Virus record (IMG/VR): IMGVR_UViG_3300011008_000999
DNA length: 64,000 bases
Source of the DNA: a virus
Taxonomy: Duplodnaviria; Caudoviricetes
Strand: one strand, 5' to 3'
In this document: one piece after another, positions 18,198 to 28,250 of the stretch
How the letters are laid out: each line of letters starts with the position of its first letter
Position numbering within the stretch: position 1 is the first letter of the stretch
Translations under genes and position numbers: made by a program
Notes under the pieces: model-generated
The model's database searches: none
The model's input: the letters and a program-made list of their open reading frames with translations, nothing else
What the model was told of the DNA's origin: nothing

Positions 18198-19273
18198 CCT
18201 TTACATACATTAGCAAAATTGTCTGCATTAACTGTACCATGGTGTTTTACTCTATGTTGAACTTCATCAATCTTTCCGTCATTAAACGCATCAAGATAAG
18301 ATTCAGTAATATAACCAGTAACTCTTCTAAGTCTCTGGATATTTGTGCTCTTGCATGCAGGACACTCATTTCCGATCTCACCTGACCAACCACAATCACG
18401 ACATGTATCAAGACTAAGGTTGATTCCAAGATAAGGAATATCTTTAGCCATAGCATACTGAACAAGCTTTCTAAGAGCTTTAATATTCTTGCTAGCTGCA
18501 GTATCGATTTCAACATAAGTGATACATCCAGCATTAGAATATCCAGTAAGTTGTGCTTCAAGATCAATCTTCTCGAATGGAGTCATATCACGCCATACAG
18601 GAATATGTATAGAGTTGGTAAAGAACTCTTTATCAGAAACATTCTTAATTACTCCATACTTCTCTCTAAACTTCTTGAGTGCAGTATGGCAAAGAGACTC
18701 TGCAGGTGTGTAATATACACCAAAATTAATATGAATAGTCTGTCCCTGAATAGTATAAGTATCAGCTTTATATTCTGCACACTTCTTATTAAAGAGAGCT
18801 TCAATTCGTTTTGCTAACTCCATACCTTCTTCAGTAGTTTGATCTTTACCAATAAGAATCTGAAGAGTTTCAGCTACGCCTAACTGACCAATAGCAAGTG
18901 TACCATGTTTAAGAGCTGAAATGATTCCTTCCTTAGGAATATAACCAAGCATTGTTCTATTCTGATACATAAATGCTGCAGAAGCTGGACTCTGACTTGC
19001 AATAAGTTTAAATCTTTCAACAAGACCGTCTTTACACTCTTCAATCTTTCTAGTAAGAATCTCAAAGAAATCTTCAATATTCTTCTCACCAATACGACCT
19101 TTAGCTTTCATAGCAAGAGTAGGAAGAATAATAGTAGCAGGAGCTAAGTTACCTCTACCATCTTTCTGATTTCCTGAATAGAAATAATCCTTAGGTGGCT
19201 TACCATACTTAACGATCTCATCTACAATATAACCGAAATTAAAATTAGCATCATAACCATTGTATGTTCTACA
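18188..19273 (-). CDS. nrdD: anaerobic ribonucleoside-triphosphate reductase, exon 2
   Basis: CRT..., GRGNL, TPAESLC, FTNSIH, CxxC...CxxC zinc site, glycyl-radical motif RRVTGY. Confidence 0.95.
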   Translation of the reverse strand, partial: CRTYNGYDANFNFGYIVDEIVKYGKPPKDYFYSGNQKDGRGNLAPATIILPTLAMKAKGRIGEKNIEDFFEILTRKIEECKDGLVERFKLIASQSPASAAFMYQNRTMLGYIPKEGIISALKHGTLAIGQLGVAETLQILIGKDQTTEEGMELAKRIEALFNKKCAEYKADTYTIQGQTIHINFGVYYTPAESLCHTALKKFREKYGVIKNVSDKEFFTNSIHIPVWRDMTPFEKIDLEAQLTGYSNAGCITYVEIDTAASKNIKALRKLVQYAMAKDIPYLGINLSLDTCRDCGWSGEIGNECPACKSTNIQRLRRVTGYITESYLDAFNDGKIDEVQHRVKHHGTVNADNFANVCKGCS

Positions 19274-20387
19274 CGTTTTATCTAATGTTACCATTAGCAC
19301 TGACTATATCTTCTACTTAAATGTTAATTCATTTAATCACAATTTGCACATGTGAGGATTTCTCCGTAGTCTTCCGCTTCGGTTCTCAGGTGGGTCTTGT
19401 TTCCTTCTTCCACCGACGGTGCTTATCTCCGTCCCTACTCCCTTACATTCATCGGGGATAGTCGATACACTTTTTATTTTAAGAGTTCTAATTTATAGTT
19501 GTCATAATAGATAATATTTGTTGGAAAGTTTAGTCTATTTTTAAGACCTAAATGCTTATATAAAGCATTTCTACTTCCAAATATGAGTTCTGTACCATCA
19601 GCTAAGTTGGTCATCTTAACTTTAGTACCTCTGCTATGTTCATTTGGCATAGCATAATTTTGATATTCATCATCTTCAAATGCAATTAACCATTCTTTTC
19701 TAAATAAAGTATTATCAGAATGAGATGCTTTAGCCATTAACATACCTCTACTTTTTATATTAAAAAAGTTAGCTGTTTCACCTAAAGTATCAAAATGATG
19801 TTCTTCACCAGTAATAATAGATTTAACTTTTAATTGGTTACTATTACCATTATTTTTACCTTTATTGGCATTTGAAATTTTAGAATGTATAATTGTCATT
19901 TCTTTGTCTGATTTGCATAAGTATGTATTTCCACCTTCTCCACCAGGTGTAAGATTATATCCTATACTACCATTAGTAGAATTGTAGTATGCTATCCAAA
20001 ATTGTTCTCTTTCATTAAGTTCCTTTACTGAATAACATTCTTCAATTTGTTCATATTTGAAATTGTTTTTACCATACTTATGAATAGCTCTAGCTAAATA
20101 ACTTTTAGATGTTGCACTAGCACCATCGCAATGTCTAATAAATCTAGCTTCTATACTCTTATTATAAACTTGACCAATATAAATTTTGCCATTTATAAGA
20201 TTAGTTATCTTATAAATATATCCGTATTTGAACTCATACATTTTTATAACCTCTTAAAATAACTTAGCACGGTCTCATCAATCATTCATTACACATACAA
20301 ATAATGAAGGACCTAACCGTTAGCCACATTTCTGTGACACCCTCGAGCGAGGTTCAAAAGATTTTAGATGAGCTGCAGTTTACACTT
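19274..20387 (-). ncRNA. group I intron in nrdD (1114 nt)
   Basis: 5' exon ends in U (ATG GGT), intron ends in G before TGT AGA ACA, restoring MGCRT; core motifs GACUA (~19458) and AAGAUAUAGUC (~19302-19312); ACCGUGCUAAG near 20263. Confidence 0.9.
19474..20241 (-). CDS. intron-encoded GIY-YIG homing endonuclease
   Basis: GYIYKITNLINGKIYIGQ...R...H...E...GYN. Confidence 0.9.
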   Translation of the reverse strand: MYEFKYGYIYKITNLINGKIYIGQVYNKSIEARFIRHCDGASATSKSYLARAIHKYGKNNFKYEQIEECYSVKELNEREQFWIAYYNSTNGSIGYNLTPGGEGGNTYLCKSDKEMTIIHSKISNANKGKNNGNSNQLKVKSIITGEEHHFDTLGETANFFNIKSRGMLMAKASHSDNTLFRKEWLIAFEDDEYQNYAMPNEHSRGTKVKMTNLADGTELIFGSRNALYKHLGLKNRLNFPTNIIYYDNYKLELLK

Positions 20388-21761
20388 ACCCATCGTGCTC
20401 ATAATTTCTACAGGATCAATAATAGTCTCATCGATTTCAACTACATCTCCGTTAAGAACCATTTTGTAATGTCTAGCTTCATTCTTATTTTCATTTACCC
20501 AAGCTGCAAGTTTAGCCATCTTCTCTTTCGAGATCTTAGCGAGAACTGCTCTCTTGTGTTCTATATCTTTCATTCTACCAGCAGTATCAATTGACCACTG
20601 TGCATTTGTGTAGTTAGGATAAAATCTCTTTGCAGTACATCTAAGTGCCTTAAGGAAAATATCATAGTTAGGTGTGCCTGGCATACCATTGATTTCTGTA
20701 TGATACTGGAAAATTCCACAAGGGAAAATAGGTGTCTTATGAAGAGGACCAGTTCCATCAAGAGTCGCATCAAGAATAGCATGAGAAACCATTCTACCTT
20801 CAGTAAGTGTACAAGTACCATAGTTAATAGAACTAAACGGTAACTGCTGACCACTTCTTGATTGAAGAGAGTTGAGGTTATGTACAAGAGCTTCTGCACC
20901 CTGATGCACTTCTCTAACAGTTAAATCATAAGCATACTGGAAACAAGGATCATCCTTATAGTCGTCAATAGAAAGATCTGCACAATTAGCAGGTACCTTC
21001 CAATCTTCATGCTGAATATACTTTTTACCATCTCTAAGATGTTTAAAGAATGACCATCTAACACTAGGTACAGCTGACCAATCTAAGTGAGTATATGAAA
21101 CTCCACCAAACTGCTGAAGTGACTGAACCTGCATATAAACTGCAGCCTGTTGAAGAAATGTACTAGCAGATCTTGCAGGTCTAATATCAGTCTGCTTAAT
21201 ATGCACACCATCTTTATTCATGTTATCTACAGGAATTGATAAACAGTTATGCATTCCTGATGAATAAGAATCAAGATCATGTGTATAAACTTCATTATTG
21301 TTATGATTATCACGAGCTGTTTTGCTCATTATTTTAAGTGCATTATCTTTAAGAAGGATTCTAGCTGCTTCATTCATTCTTCCTGAGAATGATCTTTCAT
21401 CACAGTTAGCATTAGAGTTCTCTATATTAGAACCACTAAGTTTCTTTTCAAAAGCTTTAATGATATCTGACTGATAGACATGCTCCTTCTGTCTATCATA
21501 GTGATAAGTAATATAGCTTTTAGCTACTTCTTTATATGCAGTCTGCATCAGACGATTTTCTACCATATCTGAGATGTTTTCTGCATCTACAATATTTACG
21601 TTTTTCTTATTAAGTTCTTCTTCAATCTGATCGGCTATTCTGTTAGCCATAAATTCAGGCACATTTTCTTCTTCAGTAGCATTAGACGCTAATCGTATGG
21701 AGTTTACGACTTTTGATTTGTCGAAATCTTCCAATTTCTTATTATATTTTCTAACTCGCAT
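20388..21761 (-). CDS. nrdD: anaerobic ribonucleoside-triphosphate reductase, exon 1 (ATP cone); spliced product 819 aa
   Basis: ATP cone, ENSNAN, HDLD, NC, QFGG, LQSRSGQQLPFSSINYG, TPIFP, YPN, TMG. Confidence 0.95.
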
Positions 21762-21771
21762 AATTGTCTCC

Positions 21772-23346
21772 TTATAAGTACTGATCTACATTATCAATAG
21801 GCAGTGTTAAGTCTAATTCTTCAATAGGCTTAACTGCATCATATTCCTCTTCTTCAGTTTCAGTTACATCCTCTTCTTCTTGAGGCTTAAACTTAACCTT
21901 CTTTAAAATTTCAGAATATGGTGCAATACGATATACTTCTTGAGTACCTTTTTTATTGAAGATAGGATATTTTGTAATAAATAATGCAGTAGGTTTAAAT
22001 GTACCTATAGCGCCTTTATAAGGTTTTCTCAAGCTCATAATATCGTAGCTCTTATCAAATTTACATACACCTGCAAGCAACTCTGCAGTTTGTTGTGTGG
22101 CACCAGCATGAATAATATAGTTGTTAATCGTACCAAGAATAGCTTGAACAAAATACTCACCTGCATTCATGGCAATCTGATTTACGTCAAGAATAGAGAA
22201 TACCGTCTGTACACCACCAGATCTACCTTTTTCAAGTAAGTCTTTAATAAGTATAGATGATTCAAGTGTACCAAACTCATCTACACAAAGTAATAATTTA
22301 TCTGGATAATGTCTTCTTGTACCTCTGTCCATTATATCAGTAAACACAAAAGAGCTTAACTGATTGGCCAGTGCTTTATTTGAACTAGTGAAACTAAAGC
22401 AAATTACAAATGGAGAGTCGATCTCAAATGTAAAGCTTGGATCATCACCAAACAGAAGTTCTGCTTTAGAAGTTAATAAGATTTTCAGTGACTTTTGTAA
22501 GTTATTGAAACCATCTCGTTCGTTCTGTTGTGGATGATATGATTTAGCAAATCTATATAAACCTGCTATATAGTTTGTTGTTTCACTATTCGTATCACGA
22601 TAACTGTCATAATCTCTAATAAGATTTTGTATAGCTAACTGCATGGACGTTTTATAATGCTCATCAGCACCATCTGTAGACCACCTACGAGTGTTCATCA
22701 GCGCTTCAACCTTACCTGTTTCATCGAGATTTATAAATGGATCATAAGTGAAGTTGCAATCTCTAGCACTAAATTCATAATAAGGAAGACCTGCGGCGGA
22801 TGCAAATCCTTTCATCTCATCAAGAATATCTTCTTCACCTTTATAATCGAAAAATACAACTGGTTTGCCTTCATCTATTCGTTGCTTAAGTATAGTCTTC
22901 ATAGTAGTAGTTTTACCAGAACCAGTAGATCCAGTAATGAATGTTTCACCAGATAGAATAGTATTATCTAATTCTATTGCGCGCATATTATATTTGATCT
23001 CATTATGATTTACTGGTAGAACTCGTCCAATAGCAAGTTCTTTAGGTCTACGAAGTTTGTTGAAAACGGCGCTAACACTAAATATCCTTCCGGAATAATC
23101 TAGGTCAGCGCCGTCACTCACATGATTTCTATACTTTATAAACATGAGGAATGCAATTAGCAGTACTGAGTATATAATGGTAAACCAACCAAAAACAAAG
23201 TAGCATACTATTCCAAAGAATCCCTGATCCAATAAAATAACTGGAACTGTCTTTTTCCTGCATAGCAACATGTTTTCACAGGCAATTACAAGAAGAACTA
23301 CCAAACCAATTAATGATTTAGTTAGCATTTCTTGTACTGTTGTCAT
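21772..23346 (-). CDS. VirD4/TraD-like type IV coupling ATPase
   Basis: N-terminal TMs, Walker A GSTGSGKTT, FFDYKG, Walker B LCVDEFG, KGRSGG. Confidence 0.75.
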   Translation of the reverse strand: MTTVQEMLTKSLIGLVVLLVIACENMLLCRKKTVPVILLDQGFFGIVCYFVFGWFTIIYSVLLIAFLMFIKYRNHVSDGADLDYSGRIFSVSAVFNKLRRPKELAIGRVLPVNHNEIKYNMRAIELDNTILSGETFITGSTGSGKTTTMKTILKQRIDEGKPVVFFDYKGEEDILDEMKGFASAAGLPYYEFSARDCNFTYDPFINLDETGKVEALMNTRRWSTDGADEHYKTSMQLAIQNLIRDYDSYRDTNSETTNYIAGLYRFAKSYHPQQNERDGFNNLQKSLKILLTSKAELLFGDDPSFTFEIDSPFVICFSFTSSNKALANQLSSFVFTDIMDRGTRRHYPDKLLLCVDEFGTLESSILIKDLLEKGRSGGVQTVFSILDVNQIAMNAGEYFVQAILGTINNYIIHAGATQQTAELLAGVCKFDKSYDIMSLRKPYKGAIGTFKPTALFITKYPIFNKKGTQEVYRIAPYSEILKKVKFKPQEEEDVTETEEEEYDAVKPIEELDLTLPIDNVDQYL

Positions 23347-23831
23347 TCGTTTTGTACCTCACTATTTTGTGAATTTTCTGAATTTTCTAAATCTTCTGAT
23401 GAATCTGCATCCTCTCCAGAGTCGTCTTCAGAACCACCACCATGCGTTTCTTTCTCGATCTCATCACCTATATTAATTACCTCAGGTGCATTTTCATCTT
23501 TTATTTTCTCTCCAGTTTGACCAGTTGGATCCCAATAAATACCATCTTCATTGGTTATGACACTTGTGCCTTCAAGCCAATTAGAAATAGTTTCACCAAC
23601 ATTATGTGACCAATTGAAGAAAAATTTAAGGACACCAGTCTGGCTAACTCCGCCCATAATAACAAACAAGAAGAAAGCTATACCTAAAATGACACCTGCA
23701 GCTTTCCAAATGTCATCATAATTTGCTCTAGCCTGAGCAGTTTCATTTCTATGCTTCAAGCTTTGCCAAGCTTTTGGAAGTACAACTGTAGTCTTCTCTT
23801 TCTTCTTACCATCTTTAGCCATGACATTCAC
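23343..23831 (-). CDS. single-TM hypothetical protein with acidic tail
   Basis: hydrophobic segment AAGVILGIAFFLFVIM. Confidence 0.7.
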   Translation of the reverse strand: MNVMAKDGKKKEKTTVVLPKAWQSLKHRNETAQARANYDDIWKAAGVILGIAFFLFVIMGGVSQTGVLKFFFNWSHNVGETISNWLEGTSVITNEDGIYWDPTGQTGEKIKDENAPEVINIGDEIEKETHGGGSEDDSGEDADSSEDLENSENSQNSEVQNE

Positions 23832-23839
23832 TCCTTTCC

Positions 23840-24424
23840 TTAATTATTTGTACTACTATCAAATTTGTTTCGTATGTCAGCAACACTTATATGCTGTTTA
23901 CCTTGAATCTTTGCGAAGATCTCATCTTCATCAAAATCTCCATACGATCTAGAATCAGCTGAATTAGTTCTATTATCACCTAAACAATAATAGCTTTCAT
24001 TGTCTAAAGTAACACAGAAATCATTAGTTCCACCATAGTTATATCGGTCTTCTATCAACTCTCCATTTATATATAAATAGCCATCCTTGTACTCTATAGT
24101 CTCTCCAGGTAAACCAATTACTCTTTTAATAAGAGTCTTTTGCGCTACTTCTGAATAGATGACTACTACATCAAATCTCTGAAGATATTGATAGTTACGC
24201 TGTCCTATTACTAAGTTAGCGTCATAATAACTAGGTTCCATAGATGGACCTACAACCATTACTATCGTATAGTTAAAATTAAAGAAAAGCAGAATAACAA
24301 TCAGTATCATCATAATGATACATTTCTTCTGCTTATACCAAGGTACTTTTTGTACAGTTTCATCAGTTGATTCTATCTGCTCTTCATCTGAATTAACTGT
24401 TTCTGATTTATCTTTACTGTGCAT
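23840..24424 (-). CDS. lepB: signal peptidase I (S26)
   Basis: TM, GPSMEP (catalytic Ser), IKRVIGLPGE (Lys), GDNRTNSADSR. Confidence 0.92.
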   Translation of the reverse strand: MHSKDKSETVNSDEEQIESTDETVQKVPWYKQKKCIIMMILIVILLFFNFNYTIVMVVGPSMEPSYYDANLVIGQRNYQYLQRFDVVVIYSEVAQKTLIKRVIGLPGETIEYKDGYLYINGELIEDRYNYGGTNDFCVTLDNESYYCLGDNRTNSADSRSYGDFDEDEIFAKIQGKQHISVADIRNKFDSSTNN

Positions 24425-25499
24425 TTTTCTCTTCCTCGCATTTTGTACTTCTTACTGTAGAATCAAGTAACATCTTATATGCAACTTCTTCCTTAGCTGT
24501 ATAGTTAGTTATACGCTGAGCTGGAGCCGTCCAAGGCGCTACAAATAATCTACAAGTTCCTAAGCCTCCAGCCTCTTTATATGCCTTTTTAACTTGTTCT
24601 ACAATATAATTATTTCCGCATAAATAAAGTAAATAACCAAAGACCATATTATTTCTATAAGACTTCATAATCTTATCATAACGATTACCAGTTTTAGCAG
24701 AAAGTTCCATTTCAATTGCCCAACTTTGTGGTTTACCATCAGGTGTTCTAAAAGCTGGAATAACTAAATCAGGACGTTGTGTATAAATACCATCTTTATT
24801 CTTTTCAGGATCTTCAGTTGCTAATGTGAATAGTGAATAATCTTGAAATTCTGCGGTAAATTTCTGCTTACTTCTAATTGACTGAATCAGTTTATCTTGT
24901 CCAGCTCTTATTGAAGTTGCATCTAATTTTCCACGGTATTCTTCTTCAATAAAGATAGGTACACCAACTTTTTGTTGTGATGTGATATTTAATGGATGAT
25001 ATGTAGGTAGACATTGTGCTTTACTCTCTTGAATAAAGTACCAAATCTCAGAACTAGGATTTCCCATCATAACATCAAATACAATCTGCATTTCTGCGCA
25101 TGTATGATTTAATAAGTTGAATGGAATATCAGAATACCATGTTTCTTTAACATCCATCAGCTCAAATAAAAAATAGGTAGGTCGAATGAATACACCAGTT
25201 GAACCAGTCTGTGCCCAAACTAAACCTACTCTAATAAATCTTTCTATTTGATTATATCCATTAGTAGCATATACTTCATACCACTGCTGAACTAACCATG
25301 CGGGAGCCCATCTAAAACGAGCTATAATATAAAGTACTACTTCATCCAAGGTATAAACAGAGGCCACATCATCAATTGTTTTGACTTCGATGTGGTCTGC
25401 ATATACATTAACATGAGGTGTAACTTTAGGATATCTGAAATACGTATTTTTGACTGCTTCTTGATCTTGTATCTCTAATAACTCTAATTGACTTCTCAT
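24414..25499 (-). CDS. replication-relaxation (Replic_Relax)-like PD-(D/E)xK protein
   Basis: wHTH-like N-terminus, LNH, RPDLVI...WAIEMELSAK..RY..IM..Y. Confidence 0.65.
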   Translation of the reverse strand: MRSQLELLEIQDQEAVKNTYFRYPKVTPHVNVYADHIEVKTIDDVASVYTLDEVVLYIIARFRWAPAWLVQQWYEVYATNGYNQIERFIRVGLVWAQTGSTGVFIRPTYFLFELMDVKETWYSDIPFNLLNHTCAEMQIVFDVMMGNPSSEIWYFIQESKAQCLPTYHPLNITSQQKVGVPIFIEEEYRGKLDATSIRAGQDKLIQSIRSKQKFTAEFQDYSLFTLATEDPEKNKDGIYTQRPDLVIPAFRTPDGKPQSWAIEMELSAKTGNRYDKIMKSYRNNMVFGYLLYLCGNNYIVEQVKKAYKEAGGLGTCRLFVAPWTAPAQRITNYTAKEEVAYKMLLDSTVRSTKCEEEKNAQ

Positions 25500-26038
25500 T
25501 CTTTAATCTCGACTTTCTGAGTAGTGTATCTCTTACCATCTTTAGATACAAAATCAGAAATCGCAGTGAAGTATACATAAGGAATTACAGGTATGACCGC
25601 CCATAATACAATCCACCAAGGATTCTTTTTGTGCGCCATTGTAAATTTCCACATCATCATACACCATAAAACCAATGTTACTACAGCAAAAGCAATCAAA
25701 ACATACTTCGATCCTACAGCAATATTTGCTACTACTTCAGGTACTTCAACCATAACTCGGCTAAAATCACCTTCATTTGTAGGCATTTGTATTGCATAAG
25801 CATAATTCTGCATAATCCATATTTCGTATCCAAAACATAATGCAAAATATACCCAAAATACTGTATGTGCAATTCCATTAGCTACTGCAAGCTTCTTACA
25901 ACCAACAGTGTGTCCTAATTCATACTTATTTAATCCAGGTATAAATGCATGCCAAACCTTCAAATCTCTTTTATAGAACATAATAGCTCTGCATATTGCA
26001 CATATTAGTGTCAATAATAATACTGCGCCAAATGTCAT
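25496..26038 (-). CDS. membrane protein (DUF5684-like)
   Basis: W-x-A-F-IP motif, several TMs. Confidence 0.55.
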   Translation of the reverse strand: MTFGAVLLLTLICAICRAIMFYKRDLKVWHAFIPGLNKYELGHTVGCKKLAVANGIAHTVFWVYFALCFGYEIWIMQNYAYAIQMPTNEGDFSRVMVEVPEVVANIAVGSKYVLIAFAVVTLVLWCMMMWKFTMAHKKNPWWIVLWAVIPVIPYVYFTAISDFVSKDGKRYTTQKVEIKE

Positions 26039-26107
26039 TTTTCTAACTTCCTTTCAAAAAAACTAATATCTAATAGCTACTTAAAGTATATTATTATTAA
26101 ATAGTCT

Positions 26108-26278
26108 TTAGTTGGACTCTTTTTCTTTGAGTCTCTCAGCTAAAGCTATTAAACTTTTCTTTGTTATAGTATAAAAGCCACAGTCTTCACATTTGAAGTC
26201 TCTGCGGCATTCATTTGGACATGAACAATCAAAGTCTACATCTTCGATAAATTTCTTAATTTCTTCTACTTTATCCAT
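26108..26278 (-). CDS. small Cys-rich hypothetical protein (56 aa, below the track cutoff)
   Basis: MDKVEEIKKFIEDVDFDCSCPNECRRDFKCEDC... Confidence 0.5.
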   Translation of the reverse strand: MDKVEEIKKFIEDVDFDCSCPNECRRDFKCEDCGFYTITKKSLIALAERLKEKESN

Positions 26279-26322
26279 ACTATGTATTTATAAATATCCT
26301 TTCATTGAGATAAAAACACTCC

Positions 26323-27699
26323 TTAAGCGAGCGTTTTAGCTAACTCAAGGAGTGCGTTTCTTTCATTTTCGACCTGCTCATCAATAACAGCTTCAAACAG
26401 ATCTTTAAGAATCTGACCAACAATAGGACCAGGTTTAATATTAAGTAGATCAATAATATCCTTACCGCCAACAGCGAGGTCAGTGATTTTGAATGCATTT
26501 TCTTGTTCTACTACAATATCAATATTCTTCTTAAAGAGTTCAAATCTCTGAAGCATATCATTCCAAGTATCTTCTTCACCTGCAGGACATCTATGATCCA
26601 TAATATCAGCTTCTTTAAGAAAGATCCAGTCTCTCACAAGATCTTCACTTGTATTAACAATGAATCTTCTAATATGCTTGTACTCAGGACTGATATGATC
26701 GTCATGATGAAGAATAAGACCAAGAACTCTTTCACGTTCTCTAGTAGAAATTCTAAGATCCTTTGCAATTACATCTCTAGCAATTTCTACACTAACAAGC
26801 TGATGATCGTAAAAATGATCACAGTTGTATTCATTATCATGTACTCTACTAAACGGTTTACCAATATCATGAAGCAGTGCTGCAAGCTTAATTTCAAACT
26901 TATTAGACTTACAACCATCTACAACATGAAGAATATGATCGTAAATATCATGAGGATGCCATCTACTATTGTGAGGTGCACCAATACAAGGAATCATCTC
27001 AGGAATGATCACACCTACAATATCAGAGAACTCCATGAAAATATCTCTAATAGGATTACCACAAGTAAGCATCTTACGAAGTTCATCAGTAATTCTTTCC
27101 TTAGAAATACATTCATCAAGCTTAGCAAGAACGTCTGTATCATGCATAGCAGTTTTAGTAGAATCTTCAATAGTGAAACCATACTTAATAGCAAATCTCA
27201 TTGCGCGGAGAACTCTAAGAGGATCTTCCATAAATCTCTGTTTTGCATCACCTACACAACGAACAATCTTGCTCTGAATATCATCATATCCATGAAAAGG
27301 ATCAGTAAGACTACAATCAAGAGGGTTCATTGCGATAGCATTCATGGTAAAATCTCTTCTAGCAAGATCTTCTTCTAGTGAAGGAGTGAAAGTTACTTCA
27401 CTAGGATGTCTACCATCATCATACTTACCATCTACTCTATAAGTAGTTACTTCGAAAAGTTCAGAATCTTTATTAGGTCTAACAGATACTGTACCATGCT
27501 GGAGACCAGTATCTACATGTGACTTGAAAATCTTCTGAATCTGTTCAGGAAGTGCATTAGTTGTAATATCAATATCTTTTGGATCTTTATGCATAAGGAA
27601 GTCACGAACATATCCTCCAACGAAATATGCCTCAAAGTGTTCATCTCTAATCATTTTTACAACTTCCATTGCGTTTTCTAACATTGTCATTTTCATCAC
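26323..27699 (-). CDS. cca: CCA tRNA nucleotidyltransferase (class II) with HD domain
   Basis: VGGYVRD, DIDITT, EDLARRDFTMNA, EDPLRVLRAMRF, LLHDIGKP. Confidence 0.88.
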   Translation of the reverse strand: MMKMTMLENAMEVVKMIRDEHFEAYFVGGYVRDFLMHKDPKDIDITTNALPEQIQKIFKSHVDTGLQHGTVSVRPNKDSELFEVTTYRVDGKYDDGRHPSEVTFTPSLEEDLARRDFTMNAIAMNPLDCSLTDPFHGYDDIQSKIVRCVGDAKQRFMEDPLRVLRAMRFAIKYGFTIEDSTKTAMHDTDVLAKLDECISKERITDELRKMLTCGNPIRDIFMEFSDIVGVIIPEMIPCIGAPHNSRWHPHDIYDHILHVVDGCKSNKFEIKLAALLHDIGKPFSRVHDNEYNCDHFYDHQLVSVEIARDVIAKDLRISTRERERVLGLILHHDDHISPEYKHIRRFIVNTSEDLVRDWIFLKEADIMDHRCPAGEEDTWNDMLQRFELFKKNIDIVVEQENAFKITDLAVGGKDIIDLLNIKPGPIVGQILKDLFEAVIDEQVENERNALLELAKTLA

Positions 27700-27716
27700 C
27701 TCTTTAACTTGTTTTT

Positions 27717-27748
27717 ATTATAACACGAAGTTGAGGTAATGTAAATAG
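27717..27748 (-). promoter_or_regulatory. sigma-A-type promoter of cca
   Basis: CTA-TTTACA-17 nt-TATAAT with extended TG. Confidence 0.8.
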
Positions 27749-27854
27749 TTTATTCAAAATTTTCGTCAGAATAATCTTCACGGTCATCATCACATCCGTC
27801 ATCACAACCATTACTATTTATTAAGATTTCTTTTTCATCCATAATAGATTCTCC

Positions 27855-28070
27855 TTATTTCTTCAGCTTTTCATAAACTTCATCCATAATATCTTTTACA
27901 TATTGATCCTGATTGATACCTAAAATAGTAGCTCCTGCTTTTATCTTATAAACTATATCATCAGCAACAATAGAAGGTAAATATTTTGGAGTGCCTGTAG
28001 CACAACAAGTAAAATCCATTGTTTTATATGCATCACAATATTTTGTATTTTTACAATCTACACATTTCAT
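27855..28070 (-). CDS. Cys-rich hypothetical protein
   Basis: CVDC...YC...CC. Confidence 0.6.
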   Translation of the reverse strand: MKCVDCKNTKYCDAYKTMDFTCCATGTPKYLPSIVADDIVYKIKAGATILGINQDQYVKDIMDEVYEKLKK

Positions 28071-28079
28071 AACTTTTCC

Positions 28080-28250
28080 TTAAATATCTAAATCATCCAT
28101 CTCAACATCAGAGTCTAATGAGGTATCACCAGAGGTCTCTGGAGATAACTTTGCTTTTCTATTATTTATATATTTAATTATTATAATAGTAGCAACTGTG
28201 AGACCACTGAGAACTACTAAGATAGATCCTATACCTACTAATTTCTTCAT
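28080..28250 (-). CDS. small single-TM protein (56 aa, below the track cutoff)
   Basis: MKKLVGIGSILVVLSGLTVATIIIIK...; ATGA overlap with the upstream stop. Confidence 0.6.
   Translation of the reverse strand: MKKLVGIGSILVVLSGLTVATIIIIKYINNRKAKLSPETSGDTSLDSDVEMDDLDI

Noticed and set aside
17388-18300. Second group I intron in nrdD around the endonuclease
   Set aside because: There is no non-coding space or catalytic core motif; the region is fully coding and nrdD is already complete upstream.
26503-27378. 291-aa plus-strand ORF and other plus-strand or alternate-frame ORFs in the track
   Set aside because: They are shadows of well-supported minus-strand genes, with no SD or recognisable motifs.
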